NCBI RefSeq assembly: GCF_000315625.1
Contig: NW_005434597.1
Span: 253,610-317,609 of the forward strand
Source: Guillardia theta CCMP2712
Lineage: Eukaryota; Protista; Cryptophyta
DNA: 64,000 bases
Direction of reading: 5' to 3'
Below, piece by piece: positions 17,534 to 29,868 of this stretch. The notes beneath the pieces are model-generated. The model was not told the DNA's origin, made no database searches, and saw only the letters and a list, made by a program, of their open reading frames with translations. Numbering within the stretch: the first letter of the stretch is position 1; every line of letters begins with the position of its first letter. The translations under genes were made by a program, and so were the position numbers.

Positions 17534-18555
17534 GAAATGGTAGCGATCTGGATGAGCCTTGCGGGACACCGACAACACTGGCATGGCTGCCTGCAGGCAG
17601 TCCGATCGTTCAAGACACAAGGAGGAAATCATGGAAGGAAGACTTGCGGGATGAACATAACATAGAGCACATAAACCGGCATTCCCCCAGCAAGTGCCCG
17701 CCAAGCGGCGGCTGGGAGCCCTTATGGAATGTCGAAACAGAAACCTCAACTTCTGAGCGCTGGGCGTCAAGGTTCGATCCCTTACACACGCCACGCCACC
17801 TCCAACAGAATAACGCTAGCTTTGATTTTATCAGCCCTGGTGCATCCAGCGCACCTCAGGCTCTTGGACGAGTCACGGCAGAGAGGCCTCGATGGAAGCC
17901 GTCTACCTGCCCTCGAGCCTCGACACAGACAGCGAGGAGCTGCTCTCCTTCACCAGCACCTGCCCGTTCCGCCGTCTCGTCAGCCATGAAGCAGCTCCAC
18001 GATCAAGCACAAGGCAGCGTTGCTCGCTTACCCGCGTCTCCGGTAGGCGATGGAGAAGAGGCAGAAGTGACCCATCCTCCGTTACCAGGCACGACGACCC
18101 CATCACCGCAGCTCCTCGACACTGTCATGTCATGTCAGCACCATATCTTCTTCTCCCTCACTGTCGGATCACTCCCGCCAGTCAGCTCTCTCCCTAGTCC
18201 CTGAGCCTCTATCTTACTCCTCCTGCTTCCCCCGTCTACCCCTGCGTCTCTCCTTGGGTCGGTCTAGATTGGTCTGCGTGTCCGACCTTGCTGTAGGCTC
18301 TGCAGTATCTCGAGCATCGCATGAAGCAATCGTCTTCCTCCCTCCCCAGCGGGCACCTCGTGTGCTCGACCGCGCCCGCCGACAGCCAGGCATCGAGCAG
18401 CTCGCGCAGGAGGCACAGGGACCTCTGCTCCGCCTAACATCAAATGGTCAGAGCAGGGAACACAAGAAGACACATGTCAGGTAGGACGCGTCAGGACGAG
18501 TGTCATTTCCCCTGGTTGACCACCAGTTCGAGTCTGTGCTGCCAGTCCGCTGCTT

Positions 18556-19558
18556 TCATCGTGGACTTTCGTCCTCGACATCACTACTTACGTGAGTTCG
18601 GATGATTTCTGAATTGATACTTGATGAATCGAGCACGAGGTAGTCCCACGATTTGTTCAGAAACTCCTCGCGGATGGTAGCCGTCGATCTGCGGGGATCA
18701 GAGGAAGGGATAGTTGCAGTGTCTTGTCTGTCCCTGGTTCCGTCAAGTTCAAACCTCATGCGATGTTCTCCGAGCAAAGACACATCTAGTGTGAGCTCTT
18801 TTATCTTGTCCAGCTGACTCTCTGCCTCTTTCCTGTCGATCACCTTGATTTCTTTTCCAATCTCGTCAAGCTTCCTGAGCCGGGCATCCACGGATTTAAG
18901 CCACCTCTCCCAGAAGTCGTCTTGAGCCTTGATGCAGGTAAGGAGCTCTCGTAAGCTCTATTCTTCCCTCTTTACCTTGTTCTGCTTCGCTACTGCAGCT
19001 TCGGTCTTGTCCAACAGGGTTTGTGCTTGTTTCAACTGATCTTCAATCTCCTTGACCCTTTCCGAGGAACTGCAAGATGTTTTTGAGCAATTAATCGAGG
19101 ACAACTGCGAGATGAAGCATATAATCACTTTTCAAAAGCGAAAAAGCCTTTGGTTCACCTGATTGATTTCATTGCGCAAAGTCTTCTCTTCTGATACAAC
19201 ACCCTAAGACCAAAGTTGAGGGTCACACAAATTGTACGGTAAATACTGAGCAGTGAAGACATGACAGTGTTCTTTGCCATACCATGCTACCATGCATCCA
19301 TTCAAGATAGAGCGATAGAGAGCATGCTGGCCATCCTTCACAAACCATGTGATGCGATCCAGCATTGTTGCCAGTACCGAACTCTACGAAACATCAACAA
19401 GTTATGATTAACTTAGCGTCATGACCAGTGAAGACCACGCTGAGGGTAGTAATACCTGGAGGACTCACAACATGATGGTTGTGCTCGTAGATCGCATCTG
19501 AGCCGGTTCCGTTCAACATCGCTGCTGTCATCGCCGTGAGCATCATCCATCGCAGCAT
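18556..19558 (-). CDS. Hypothetical coiled-coil protein, possible signal peptide (multi-exon)
   Basis: Last exon DARLRKLDEIGKEIKVIDRKEAESQLDKIKEL...; upstream E/K-rich exons with GT-AG introns; putative start MLRWMMLTAMTAAML. Confidence 0.35.
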
Positions 19559-19681
19559 GGTAGATAACTCAGTTTCCTGACTGTCGGGACAACCCAAAAA
19601 TGTTTCCCCCATACCCCTCAGACTTTTCAGCAAAAAGGAGGGAGAGACTCCTGTAATTTCAGGAGGACCATCGGTAAAGGT

Positions 19682-19753
19682 CGCCGCGTCTGGGAATTGA
19701 ACCCAGGTCTCCCGCGTGACAGGCGGGGATACTAACCACTATACTAACACGGC
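19682..19753 (-). tRNA. trnD-GUC: tRNA-Asp (GTC)
   Basis: Reverse complement GCCGTGTTAGTATAGTGGTTAGTATCCCCGCCTGTCACGCGGGAGACCTGGGTTCAATTCCCAGACGCGGCG folds into a cloverleaf with anticodon loop CTGTCAC, GGTTCAATTCC T-arm and discriminator G; a T6 run lies about 45 nt downstream. Confidence 0.97.
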
Positions 19754-20528
19754 CTCAGATGAGAGGCTCGCCCTGTCAGGGTGGGGTCCATACAGTTTAT
19801 GTACTTGGTTCGGTTTCCTCGTTCGGCTCCCCCTTCCTACTAGTCCATCTCATAGCAAGCATGTGAGTAGTCATCATCTGAGACGTGGTTCGTTCTTCTC
19901 TTTCATCTCTTTCCATGGGAACCTGGATCTCTCACATGAGCAACAGTGAGATGCAAGACTCGAGATATGCAAAAGCACGTACAAGAAGCCTTGAATTGAA
20001 TTGAGAGACCCAAGTTTCTTTCCTCACTGGATCACTGAAATTTCACTTGTAGTGAGAAGATATCAGCTTACAAATGTACAGACTGATGTGCATTTGGTGA
20101 TTTTTTTTGAGTTGTATTTCAAGTGGGGAAAGCAGGTATGACACCATCGAGGAAAGGATCGCTTTCACTGAGGCTTTTCTTCGCATCCAGAGCGTATACG
20201 CTTCTTGCACGCGCATACAAGATGTTTCAGCTATCAATGTCGTGTCAGATTAGCAGATCCGAGGTGCAACCTGCACATCGTTGATGAGTCTAGGCATGGC
20301 TTCATCGTTTGAACTTTCTGGTCTGTGAGGGGCCCACAAACAAATGTTTGACGATGCACATCGCCCTGTGGAATACTCACTTTTGCGGCTTGACCATTAA
20401 ATAGCGCACCGTGGCATAGGATGAGGCGGTGGAGGATTCACGGGTTATTCCACCGGTATAGTTGAAAAGCTGTTCCACAGTGGCAGCAGACTGTAGCGGG
20501 CAGGCGACAGACTCTGACCCAAGTCCTC

Positions 20529-20558
20529 GTACTGATTTTTAACTTCACTTTGAGTTAT
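20529..20558 (+). repeat. Copy 2 of dispersed 30-bp intergenic motif
   Basis: GTACTGATTTTTAACTTCACTTTGAGTTAT. Confidence 0.85.
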
Positions 20559-21393
20559 AAATTCCTCTTGATGGACCCAGGACTTGAAGTGCCGGTCGGC
20601 CCGGGCATCAGATATAAACACTCGGGATGAACCCCCTTGTGTTTTTTTTTATGGGCGCCAGTTTATAAAGTTTTAAATAGAGATCCCCTATAACTAGATC
20701 CACAAAAAATATTTATATGTATAAAACTGTTTTCTGATATATCAATTAGATGTACAAATTGCAGTAGAGTAAAACTTGTTGAAACTACATCGTACAATTT
20801 ATATATATTGTTTAAGTGTAATAAACAGAACAATACTTTTTGTTTTAAAACAATTTAAAATACGTCCTACGTACCACAGAGTTGCACATTGCTACCCAAC
20901 CCCCTGGTTCCACCCCCCCGTTTCCCAATTAACTACTAGTACCCCTTCAAAAAGTCCACCCCACTTTTTGTATAGGATTAGACCAGTACTCCCTCCCTGA
21001 GATAAGACTACCACTACCCTACCCATTACCACACAATGGGTTCCTGCCTCTCAACAATATACCAGGATAGCATCAGCATAATCTCTTTCCAAAGCAAAAT
21101 GGCAGGGCAAAGCTTTGAAGAACCTACGATGGGGTAGGTGGTACATGGTATGCATTGGAGCATACACCTACCCTCCCCTCAAATTGACAGACTAGCCAAC
21201 CGAAGAGTAACGTGATTATCATGAAGAATATGTTTTTCGTGTGCGACCATCTGAAATATTGATTTTAAATTTGTACCAATCTCGAATTCTTTTATACTCG
21301 CCCCCGTCCTCTCTCGTCCGCCCCCCCATCGTCTACCACCAGGCACCCATCAGCCATGCACACACGGGCGAGTGCTGGAGGGTCGGAGGTAGG

Positions 21394-22957
21394 ATGAATG
21401 ATTGTAGCTCGTTACTTTCAAACTATCTTGCTTCTCATCACTCATTGTCTTCGCACACAATATCCTTCGTTGCTCTTGATTGCGATTTCTTACAGGACTC
21501 TAGTGGGTCTTGTTTGAAGAGCGTGGGCGTGGACCTCGACGTGAGAATCGCCTCGTACGATCTTGATTCTTCTTCTCCACAAGAAAAGGACTTGTCGCTT
21601 GTGTGGGTGAGACGGAGAATGTCCTTCCTTTCCTTTTGTTGACGTGTTCATAGGCTCTGTGTGAGCACTTCGGAACCCGAGAAGGAGATGAGAAAGAGAT
21701 AACGTCTTCTACTTCCTTCAGAAAGTTGCCTTCTTTGCCGAGCTTGGCAGAAGTTGAAGAGACAGACGAAGACGCCTATGAAACATCCTGCACTTCCACC
21801 CCATCTTCTATGATGATGAGCGACTTTGGGTTCAACAGCGACAACCGATCTTCTGGTAGTAGCGACGAATCTTCTTCACAGGAGAAAGTCAGGTTCAAGG
21901 TTCTGTCAGACTTCATGAACCAGCCCACTAGTCATACCATCATGGTGAAGAGAGAAGCGATCCAAGTGGAGTACAAGTCATCGACGCTGGGGAGATACGG
22001 GGTGTACTACGACGCAGTATGGAAGAACAGCAAGTGTTCCGTCCTGGTGCTTGACATGAAGATCAGCAAGGAATTCAAACGAGAAGAAGCCATCGGTCTC
22101 CTTGAAGACTTGGTCGATCTTCGACATCCTCATATCCAGATGTATCATGGTCCTGTTGCCGTCCCTCTCAACGAGACCTCGGTCTGGGTGCTTGCAGAGC
22201 TCAGTACCATGACGATGGAGATGAGGGTCAAGGCAAGGCCCATCTCGAAGCGTTTGGTTCATAGGTGGGCATTGCAACTTTGCCGTGCTCTTTCTTTCCT
22301 TCATTCGTCTTCTCCTGCTTTCTTCTTCGGCCGGCTGGAGCCTCAAGACCTGATCCTGGACGACCACGACCATGTCAAGGTTGCGGATGTTGGCCTTAAG
22401 ATGGCGTTGAGAAAGAGGGGGATGATGAAGACGTACAAGCACAGACTTAACCTCAATTGCAATGATTACTCTGCTCCTGAAGTGATACGAGGAGATATGT
22501 TCGGCGCAGAAGCAGATATTTACAGGCAAGCGATGGTGGTCTTTGTGTGGGCCTTGACACCTTGTGATTAGCTTTGGGAAGATCTTTCTCTTCATTCTGT
22601 GCAACAGAAATAGGGGAAAGGTGAGAGATTGCTCGAGGGTTTGTCCATCCAGCTCACTGTCAAGCAGGCGCTTGCTCACCTCACAAAGTTCTTGTCATGG
22701 AAATGCGGAACCAAGGACCTTCTCATGGTGCTTGCGCGCTATTTCTTTTCTCTCCTGCTCTCTCATTAGTGTGCAGAGCTGCTGCTCACAGGTTGTAGAA
22801 GAAAGACCACCTCTGAAGGAGATTATGGAAAGGTACACCGATCAGAAACGATGCCTGATGCACTGATGGGTCGATCTAACTGGCCTTGAGCAGACTGGAT
22901 GAGATGAAGCAGAATGAAGACAAGAAGGAAAACAAGCCTCCGTGCCAACTGCAATAG
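21394..22957 (+). CDS. TKL-like pseudokinase with C-terminal CaaX (CQLQ); start uncertain
   Basis: LRHPHI, WALQLCRALSFLH, KVADVG, YSAPEV, DIY|SFG and ERP..; the VAIK and HRD motifs are degenerate; spliced end KKENKPPCQLQ*. Confidence 0.8.
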
Positions 22958-23536
22958 CGCTCTGTAACTTACAAGCTTGTTTATTTTAATCTTTTGTACA
23001 TACTTGTAGACTGGATGAATAGAATTATTCTTTGTGATCGATATTCATGATGATCGGATTGTTGACTGCGCGAACTCCGAACTCACAGATCCTGAGGCTC
23101 GTTACGAATTGTTCGCGGATTTTGATCGAGTAGAACATTCCTCTTTGCAACTGAGACTGCACTGTACCGGGAGATTCGCAGTAGTGACTCAACGACAGTA
23201 CGGTAACTCGATGCCACCGTTGAAAGCTTGACAGTTGATCGTGTCACTTGCTGTCTTCAGCATCTCTTATACCAGTAATCTGAGGAGGACTTGAATATTT
23301 GTTGAGTAAAACTGAATTCGCATGTGCGGACGAAATTTGCGATGCTAGACTGAGAGGAGGGAGGAGGGAGGAGGTAGAGAAGATATTCATGCAGAACCTT
23401 GAGTGCCAGTATCCACCTATTCACCAGGAACACACCTTGCAAATGTGCGATTGCATGTAGTTTGCTATCACGAGCAAGGAGCTGGAGGGATAAGTCGTGT
23501 ACTAGACAGAACAGGCTGGTCTGTTGTCGATAGTGT

Positions 23537-24202
23537 ATGGACATCGATCCTGTCTTCCAACCCACCCACGAGCGAGACATGCAACAAGAAGAGGAAACTA
23601 CAACCCCTCTCAATTCTGCGGATACACAAGGAGAGGAAACTACCACCCCTCTCACTCCTGCGGAAGTGGTTGTCTTGGCTTGTAGAATGTGCAGGTTCAC
23701 CCTCTGCAAGGAGCAGGACCTGTTACAAGACGAGATCAACTACGGGACTGACAGCGGCTCCTTCTTCCTCGAGAGTCCTGTCGACTGGATGGACAACGTG
23801 GCGGGAGACACGGAGGGTAAGCTCTGCTGCCCAAAGTGCTCTGCCAGGATCGGTCGGCTGAGCTGGGTGGGGTATCAAGCTCTGCCTCACCGGTGGATCA
23901 CTCCTGCTATCATGCTGACTCGCAGCAAAGTTGATGTCATGCGCCTCTCTTGCGATATGCACGCTCAGCAGTCAGGCGCACAGGAGCATGATAAACAGGA
24001 GGGGGGGCAGGAGGCGGAAGGGACGATCCAGGAGGAGGTGAAGGAGCAGTTGGAGGAGAAGATGAGCAAGGTAGGAGGAAAGGAAGGGCAGCATGAGGTC
24101 GATCTGGAGGGCCCTTCAACCCATGCGTCCCCTGCTGTATCATCGACGTGCTCGCATGCTCAGGTTTCCCAGGAGGAAGATGTTTTCCCAGGTTTGAGAT
24201 GA
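23537..24202 (+). CDS. YVH1/DUSP12 C-terminal zinc-binding-like domain (probably the 5' part of the downstream gene)
   Basis: CRMCRFTL...FFLESPVDWM...EGKLCCPKCSARIG..SWVG...WITPAIML..SKVD matches the Yvh1 zinc-binding domain pattern; no phosphatase domain seen. Confidence 0.7.
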   Translation: MDIDPVFQPTHERDMQQEEETTTPLNSADTQGEETTTPLTPAEVVVLACRMCRFTLCKEQDLLQDEINYGTDSGSFFLESPVDWMDNVAGDTEGKLCCPKCSARIGRLSWVGYQALPHRWITPAIMLTRSKVDVMRLSCDMHAQQSGAQEHDKQEGGQEAEGTIQEEVKEQLEEKMSKVGGKEGQHEVDLEGPSTHASPAVSSTCSHAQVSQEEDVFPGLR

Positions 24203-27200
24203 TGGACCCTTCCGCTGAGCTCCCTCATGAATGTGCCACAGAGTTGCTGGAGTTCGAGAAGAAACAACCAAAGGCGAAGCAGCTCGCGCCGTCCAGGGCA
24301 AAGGCCTCGAAGAAAGCATCCAAGTACACAGACGAAGAGTTGAGCACTATGGACATGTTGGTGAGACATCTTATCAACACTCGATGCCTTCATTCCTGAC
24401 AACATTGTGATGATGATAGAAACTTGTGGAACTTCTGGACAACGGGGAAGTTGAGATGGACCGCATCATCGAAGCCATGGACAAGGTGAGAGCTTAACCG
24501 GTATGAATGAGCCTCGCTGATTGATGCTGTCAGGCAGCTGCCAAGAAGAAGGCAGAGGAGAGGAAGAAGCTGGACCTCAATGACCCCAAGGTGAGTGAGC
24601 GGAGGAGAAGAGGGTGGAGCGCTTGCATGAAACGTTGTGCGCTGCAGGTCTTGATGAAGGTGGTGATGGAGGAGATAGGAGATCGACAAGAGTTCATGAA
24701 GTTTCGAGAGGTCAGTACCGCCCTCTGCTGCCCAACGTGACAGAGCCCTTGGGCAGGGATGTGGAGAGCTCAAGAGAAACGAGATCTCGGCTGAGGTCTG
24801 TGTTGATGAAGGACGTCGTACGTAGCTCACCCGGTGTGCAGGACTACTTCTACAAGTTCCCTGCTTCTCTGATCAAACTTCACGATGCGGAGCTGCTGGA
24901 GGTCGAGGAGGAGGAGGGAGGGAGGAGGGAGGAGGACGAGGGAGGAGGGAGGAGGGAGGATGACGAGGGAGGAGGAGGAGGGAGAAGGACGAGGAGGAGG
25001 AGGAGGAGGAGGAGGAGGAGGAGGAGGAGGAGGAGGAGGAGGAGGAGGAAGCAGTTGCATGCAGCTTACTCTGAGTTTACAGCTAGTCCTAAAAGCTCTT
25101 CCGGAGGAAGGGAAGCGGCAGGAGGTACTGAAGCTGGTCAAGGACGCAGTGTCGGAGGAGTTCTGAGACAGCCAAGAGCTGGCGAATGACCGGGGAAGGG
25201 ATCCGTTGCCATCTGTGCTTGATGTAGAGGACGCGAGGAGGCTAAAAAGAGCTTGTGATGATGCTAACGAACTAGTTTCACATGAAATTACGACAACTGG
25301 AAGCCCAAAGTCTTCTTGTGTCGATCGTTGGAACAAGACGCAGATGATCCATCTCCCCTCTTCTCTCTTGTTGTCTCTTTCTCATCAAGTCAAGAAGTTC
25401 TCACGTGCTCTTCATCATTGCTCCATGTCGTCCTTCATTATCTCTCTGGATTACGAATGGTACGGTACCCCACTACCCCTTATATCTCCAATAACTACCC
25501 CGCCGAGTGTGGAAGCGTCTGTTCCCTTGTCCTACTGGTAGAGACGCGATGTCGGAGGGAGAGGGAGGAGAGCGAATGAAGAGGAAGGGGGTGGGCAGGG
25601 GAGGAGAGGAGCACACAAGAAGAGGCTGAGGTAAGAGAGGAGGAGGATGAAGTGAGGAAGAAGAAACGTCATGACTGAGAGGGTGCTATGGCTCAACGTC
25701 AGCCTGGAGGAAACTATCATGCCCGTGCATCGTGACGGAGGGCCCAAGGCTGTAGAGGATCTGATCAACGTGCTCATAGCAAGAGCCGCCTACATCCGGC
25801 AGATCAAGGCTCCTGAGGGAAGTGACCCGACGGCAAGCCTTGAGAACCTGGAGGACTTCGATCGCCTTCACCCCACTTACTGTTGGCATGACTCCAGCCC
25901 TCTACGGGTGGTCGACCGACAGGCAGGTCACCATGCAGCGGTCCCTCCGCTAGTCAGAAGCATTATCTCCTCCTCCACCTCCAGCCACATGCCGCAGTCC
26001 ATCCGCTTCATCGGGTACCCTCCTAGCGACTCGGTGTCATGCTTCGACGTGCTGGGCGAGGCCAACAGCAAGAAGTTCACGAGTGAAGGGCCGGGAAGGA
26101 TCTACAGGAACTTTCTCGAGGACCTGATGCAGCTCATCGAATGGCCGAGCGACGTTCCTCGCACACAAGGTAATCTCCCTCCCCTCTCCCTCTCCCTCTC
26201 CCTCTCCTTCACCTTCTCCCTCTCCCTCTCCTTCTCTCTTTCTCTCTCTCTCCCTCCCTCCCTCTCCCTCTCCCTCTCCCTCTCCCTCCCCTCTCCCTCT
26301 CCCCCTCCCTCTTCGTTCCCTCGTGCGCATGCTCTCCTGAGCAGCTGCTGCTGCCCTGCAGGCCTCACCCTGGAGGAGTCGCAGCGCCATTACCATCTGA
26401 TCCTGCCTTCCTTCCTCAACTTGCTGAGCTTTCTCAGCGCAGAGACGAGGAACTTCGTCATGTTCCTTCGCTCCCTGGGGCCCAACATCGAGGCTGCTGC
26501 TCGGGCGCTAGACATCTTCTCATGGGGGAAGCATCCGATGCACGTCAACGTCAACTTGCACCTGCTGTCTAAGTCGAGGAGGTACTCCGACCACATCAGT
26601 TGGAAGTTTGAGCATGCAGGGGAGGGGGCAAGCGCTCCGGTCGTGCTCAAGAGCTGCAGCGAGCAAGGAATCGAGCTCGACACGCCCGAGAAGATTTACC
26701 AACTGCTTCATCGCGCCAGCGGGATGGGGATGGTGGAAGATATTGAGCACTGGGACAGGAACAAGTGTCATTTTGCTGCTGGGAAGAAGCTACTCTTCAC
26801 CAAGGATGACAAGAAGGTAAGTTGACCTCCTCTTGTTGGTGCCTGATCCGATCAATTTTCAGGTCCATCCAGTCATCTTTGACGCTAACCACCTTCCCCC
26901 TCAACGCCACGCCAAGGGAGAGAAGCTGTCGGAACAGAGCTCGATTGCAATCTTGTACAGAGAAAAGACCACAGACAAGTTTCAAACTCTGCGGTATCTC
27001 GACATGCTGGCTCTTGAGAACATGCTGTTTGTCAAGGTCGATGTGCTCCAGGCAAGACTCTTGGGAAGAGCTTGCAATGATATACTCAAGCTGCGCATGA
27101 ACAGGCGATGCTGGATCCCCAGTACTTTATCCAGTGCTTCAAGCAGTGCGACAGCAACTTCATGCGATTGAACGAGGAGCTACAACACTTCCGCCCCCAC

Positions 27201-27212
27201 TTGTCACACTGA
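24199..27212 (+). CDS. Uncharacterised protein with a divergent HAD-like domain (multi-exon)
   Basis: VLWLNVSLEETI, ILPSFLNLL..L, VMFLRSLG, GKHP, AGKKL, VIFDAN and AMLDPQYF..C resemble an uncharacterised HAD-like family (LHxDxNNT / FRTFG / FxDDN); ends HLSH*. Confidence 0.55.
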
Positions 27213-27461
27213 TTCATCGTGACAAGCCGTCTCAAACTTCAAGCCTGGTCTGCTGCCAATTGTCAGGGCGGGCAGGATCGCTAACTGGTGCCGAAACTCC
27301 ATGATCAAAGTGAGACATGATCGTACGTGTTGATGAACATGCACGTTTGTGTGATCCACATGCACACTGGCAAGTCACAAAGGGAAAACGAGCTTGCAAT
27401 CAAAAACAATAAATAATTGAAAACTACAGAGATGGTCGGCAGGGCATCGCGCCTCCAAGCC

Positions 27462-29281
27462 TTAGATCTGCGACGGAGGGTTGTAGGTGGGGATGTAGCC
27501 AGCAGGCTGGTATCCCATCCCTGTTGACGCGGCCTGCAAAGATGAGAGAAGTGTGAAGGGTGTGGGAGAAGAACATGTAGTCTCACGTTCTCATACGTCG
27601 AACTCTTGATGAGACTGCTCTGCACTGTGACAACCGAAGTCAAGCTTGACCTAAACGAATGCTGATGACAAACCTTTGTTCATGTTCGCTGCAACGCTGC
27701 TCGCCGCCATTCCCTGGGGAGGATCAGCACGCTTGCGACGTCTTCCTCCCTCCACCTTCTTCTGCTCGATCACATCCCGCAACCCCTTGAAAGCGCCATC
27801 GACAGCAACGCTGAGTACAAAAGTCGGTAAGGGACAGAGAACAAGAGCCAAAATGGCAGGGGAGCATGGACGTGACACATCGTATCGATCATCTCATCTC
27901 CAGTACCTCGCAAGCTGACGTGCTTGCCGATCGATCTCTGTAACGATGCTGGGAGAACAGGGGATGTCCCTTGGACACGCTCTTGCTCTGATGTTTCCTA
28001 GCGATTGTTGTTACAACAAGCACAGAAAGCTCCTCCTCTGTTTTCTCACCAGCGATTGAGTTCTCGGAGCAAACATGGTTCTCATCGCAAATCTTGAGGT
28101 CGACAAGCTTGTGATAAACCTGCAGAGCATCAACGCACATGTCAAGTGAGACAAGTGAGACAAGTCAGCCTACCATGTTAGAGATCAACTTCTTGTACTT
28201 TTCTGACTCGTTCTCTAGCACCAGCACCTTAGAACGCAATCAGCACCGTTGCATTGGAGGGCACTGAGGCCACAACACTTCATGTCACACCATGCCAATG
28301 TGGACTGGTTTAGTTGGATGCTTCTTGGCCCAGCCATCGATCTCCTTCCAAGTCAACCTGACGACACAAGACTTGTCAACCAACAGGCAAGATTGTCATG
28401 CTTGTTGAACTTACGACTGAGCTTCCATGAGAGCAGGTCCCTCCATGAGATGCTGGAGGAGGCAAGGTAAGGAAAGAAACAAGGAGTTATCAACAGTCTA
28501 ACTTTGATCAGAACCCTCCTGTTCGCCAGGTCGACATCCTGCGACTTCTTCTCCTTCGGTTGATTGAGAACTAACGCCAACTCGTCAACCCATCGGATCT
28601 CCCAACTCGACAAGTCAAACCTCCCCATGGCCCCGACAGGTTGTTGCATGCTTCCCCGCAGTGCATCTGCGGCACTGTTATGAGACTCTCGCTCACATAC
28701 TCGTGCCGATCATACCGCAACTCGCATCCACAGGTAGTAACAAGAAGCGCCAACCACTGATATGTGACGACGTTACACCCGTCCCTCCTCCTCCTCCCTC
28801 CTCACCAACGAGGATGATCAGTCCACAAGACAGGTACTTGCAGATGGTCTTCTTCTCGTCCGCGGCTTCTAGCACTTCCATCCTGACAACGAGTCGACCA
28901 TGAACAACCAAGTCGCAAAGCAGTCACGCCAAATACCTGCTCCTTTCCTCTCTGACTGCCCAGTTCTCCATACCGATAACCTTGGGATCTTCGGTGAGCA
29001 CACAGGAGGAAAGGAAGAACCAGCCAAGAAGCAAGGGCGGAGGGAGGGCTGAGGATGTTTGTGTAGAGGGAGAGTAGCATGACTACGTCTGGTGGACTTA
29101 CAGCACGAGGGTCGGAGATGCTGCCGTACCGATCATCGGCAGGATGCCTGAGTGACACTTTTATCAATCCTGCATATGAATTCCAGCCATGACTAACTCG
29201 TCTTCCTCCCCTCCTTCCATCTCTTGTCCTCCTGCCTCTCCTCATCTCTTCTCGCCTTGCTTCTGCCCCTGGACCAACCAT
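27462..29281 (-). CDS. Hypothetical multi-exon protein
   Basis: Regular minus-strand exons and introns (for example GRFDLSSWEIRWVDELALVL and AFKGLRDVIEQKK); terminal exon GYQPAGYIPTYNPPSQI*. Confidence 0.45.
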
Positions 29282-29868
29282 GGAGCCATCAGATAAGTGC
29301 CTGTGCTTCTTCATCCCTTCAACCTCCCTTCCACTCTCATCGTCTGTTCAACTCTTCCTTCTCTCCTCCCCCCCCCCCCTTGCCTCGTCCTCCTCCTCAT
29401 CATCATCCTGCCCCTTCCTGCACGTTACCTGTCGCTCCCCGACATTCCTGTCAGACCGGCCCGCCTCACCAGTGCTCAGACCAGCCCGCCTCATCAGTGA
29501 CACCCACCCCATTCGAGGAATTTGCAGCCACCCACCCCTCCTTATACTCTCAAGTTGTGGAAGAAGGTGGGGTACCACAAGAACACTCTGATGCATGGGG
29601 GAGGGTGTAGCTGGGGAGAGGTCATGACCCACCACCCCCATACTGCTTGACCCCTACCCCTGAATTACACCCCCACCCCCTTCTAATCCTTCCTCATTGA
29701 TGATGCATAACCCCGTTCTTTCAGCCAAGATGGTCGATGATGAAGAGACCACCCCCACCTCCTGGAATGGCGGAATAAGAGTACCCCCACCCACCAATTT
29801 TCCTATTAATCACCCCCACCCTACCACCCCCCTTGCACATCCACCAAGTGAGAAAAGTATTGAGGGCA

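Noticed and set aside
13200-19680. Autonomous transposon, Fanzor/TnpB or integrated virus next to the tRNA
   Set aside because: No DDE, RuvC, tyrosine recombinase, RT or capsid motifs in any frame, and no duplicated tRNA 3' end seen
19760-20320. Possible small multi-exon gene on the + strand
   Set aside because: Splice-like signals are present but no consistent frame or recognisable product could be built
23347-23402. A second RLRGG upstream of the Yvh1-like ORF
   Set aside because: The frame closes shortly afterwards and could not be spliced convincingly to a signal peptide or to the downstream ORF
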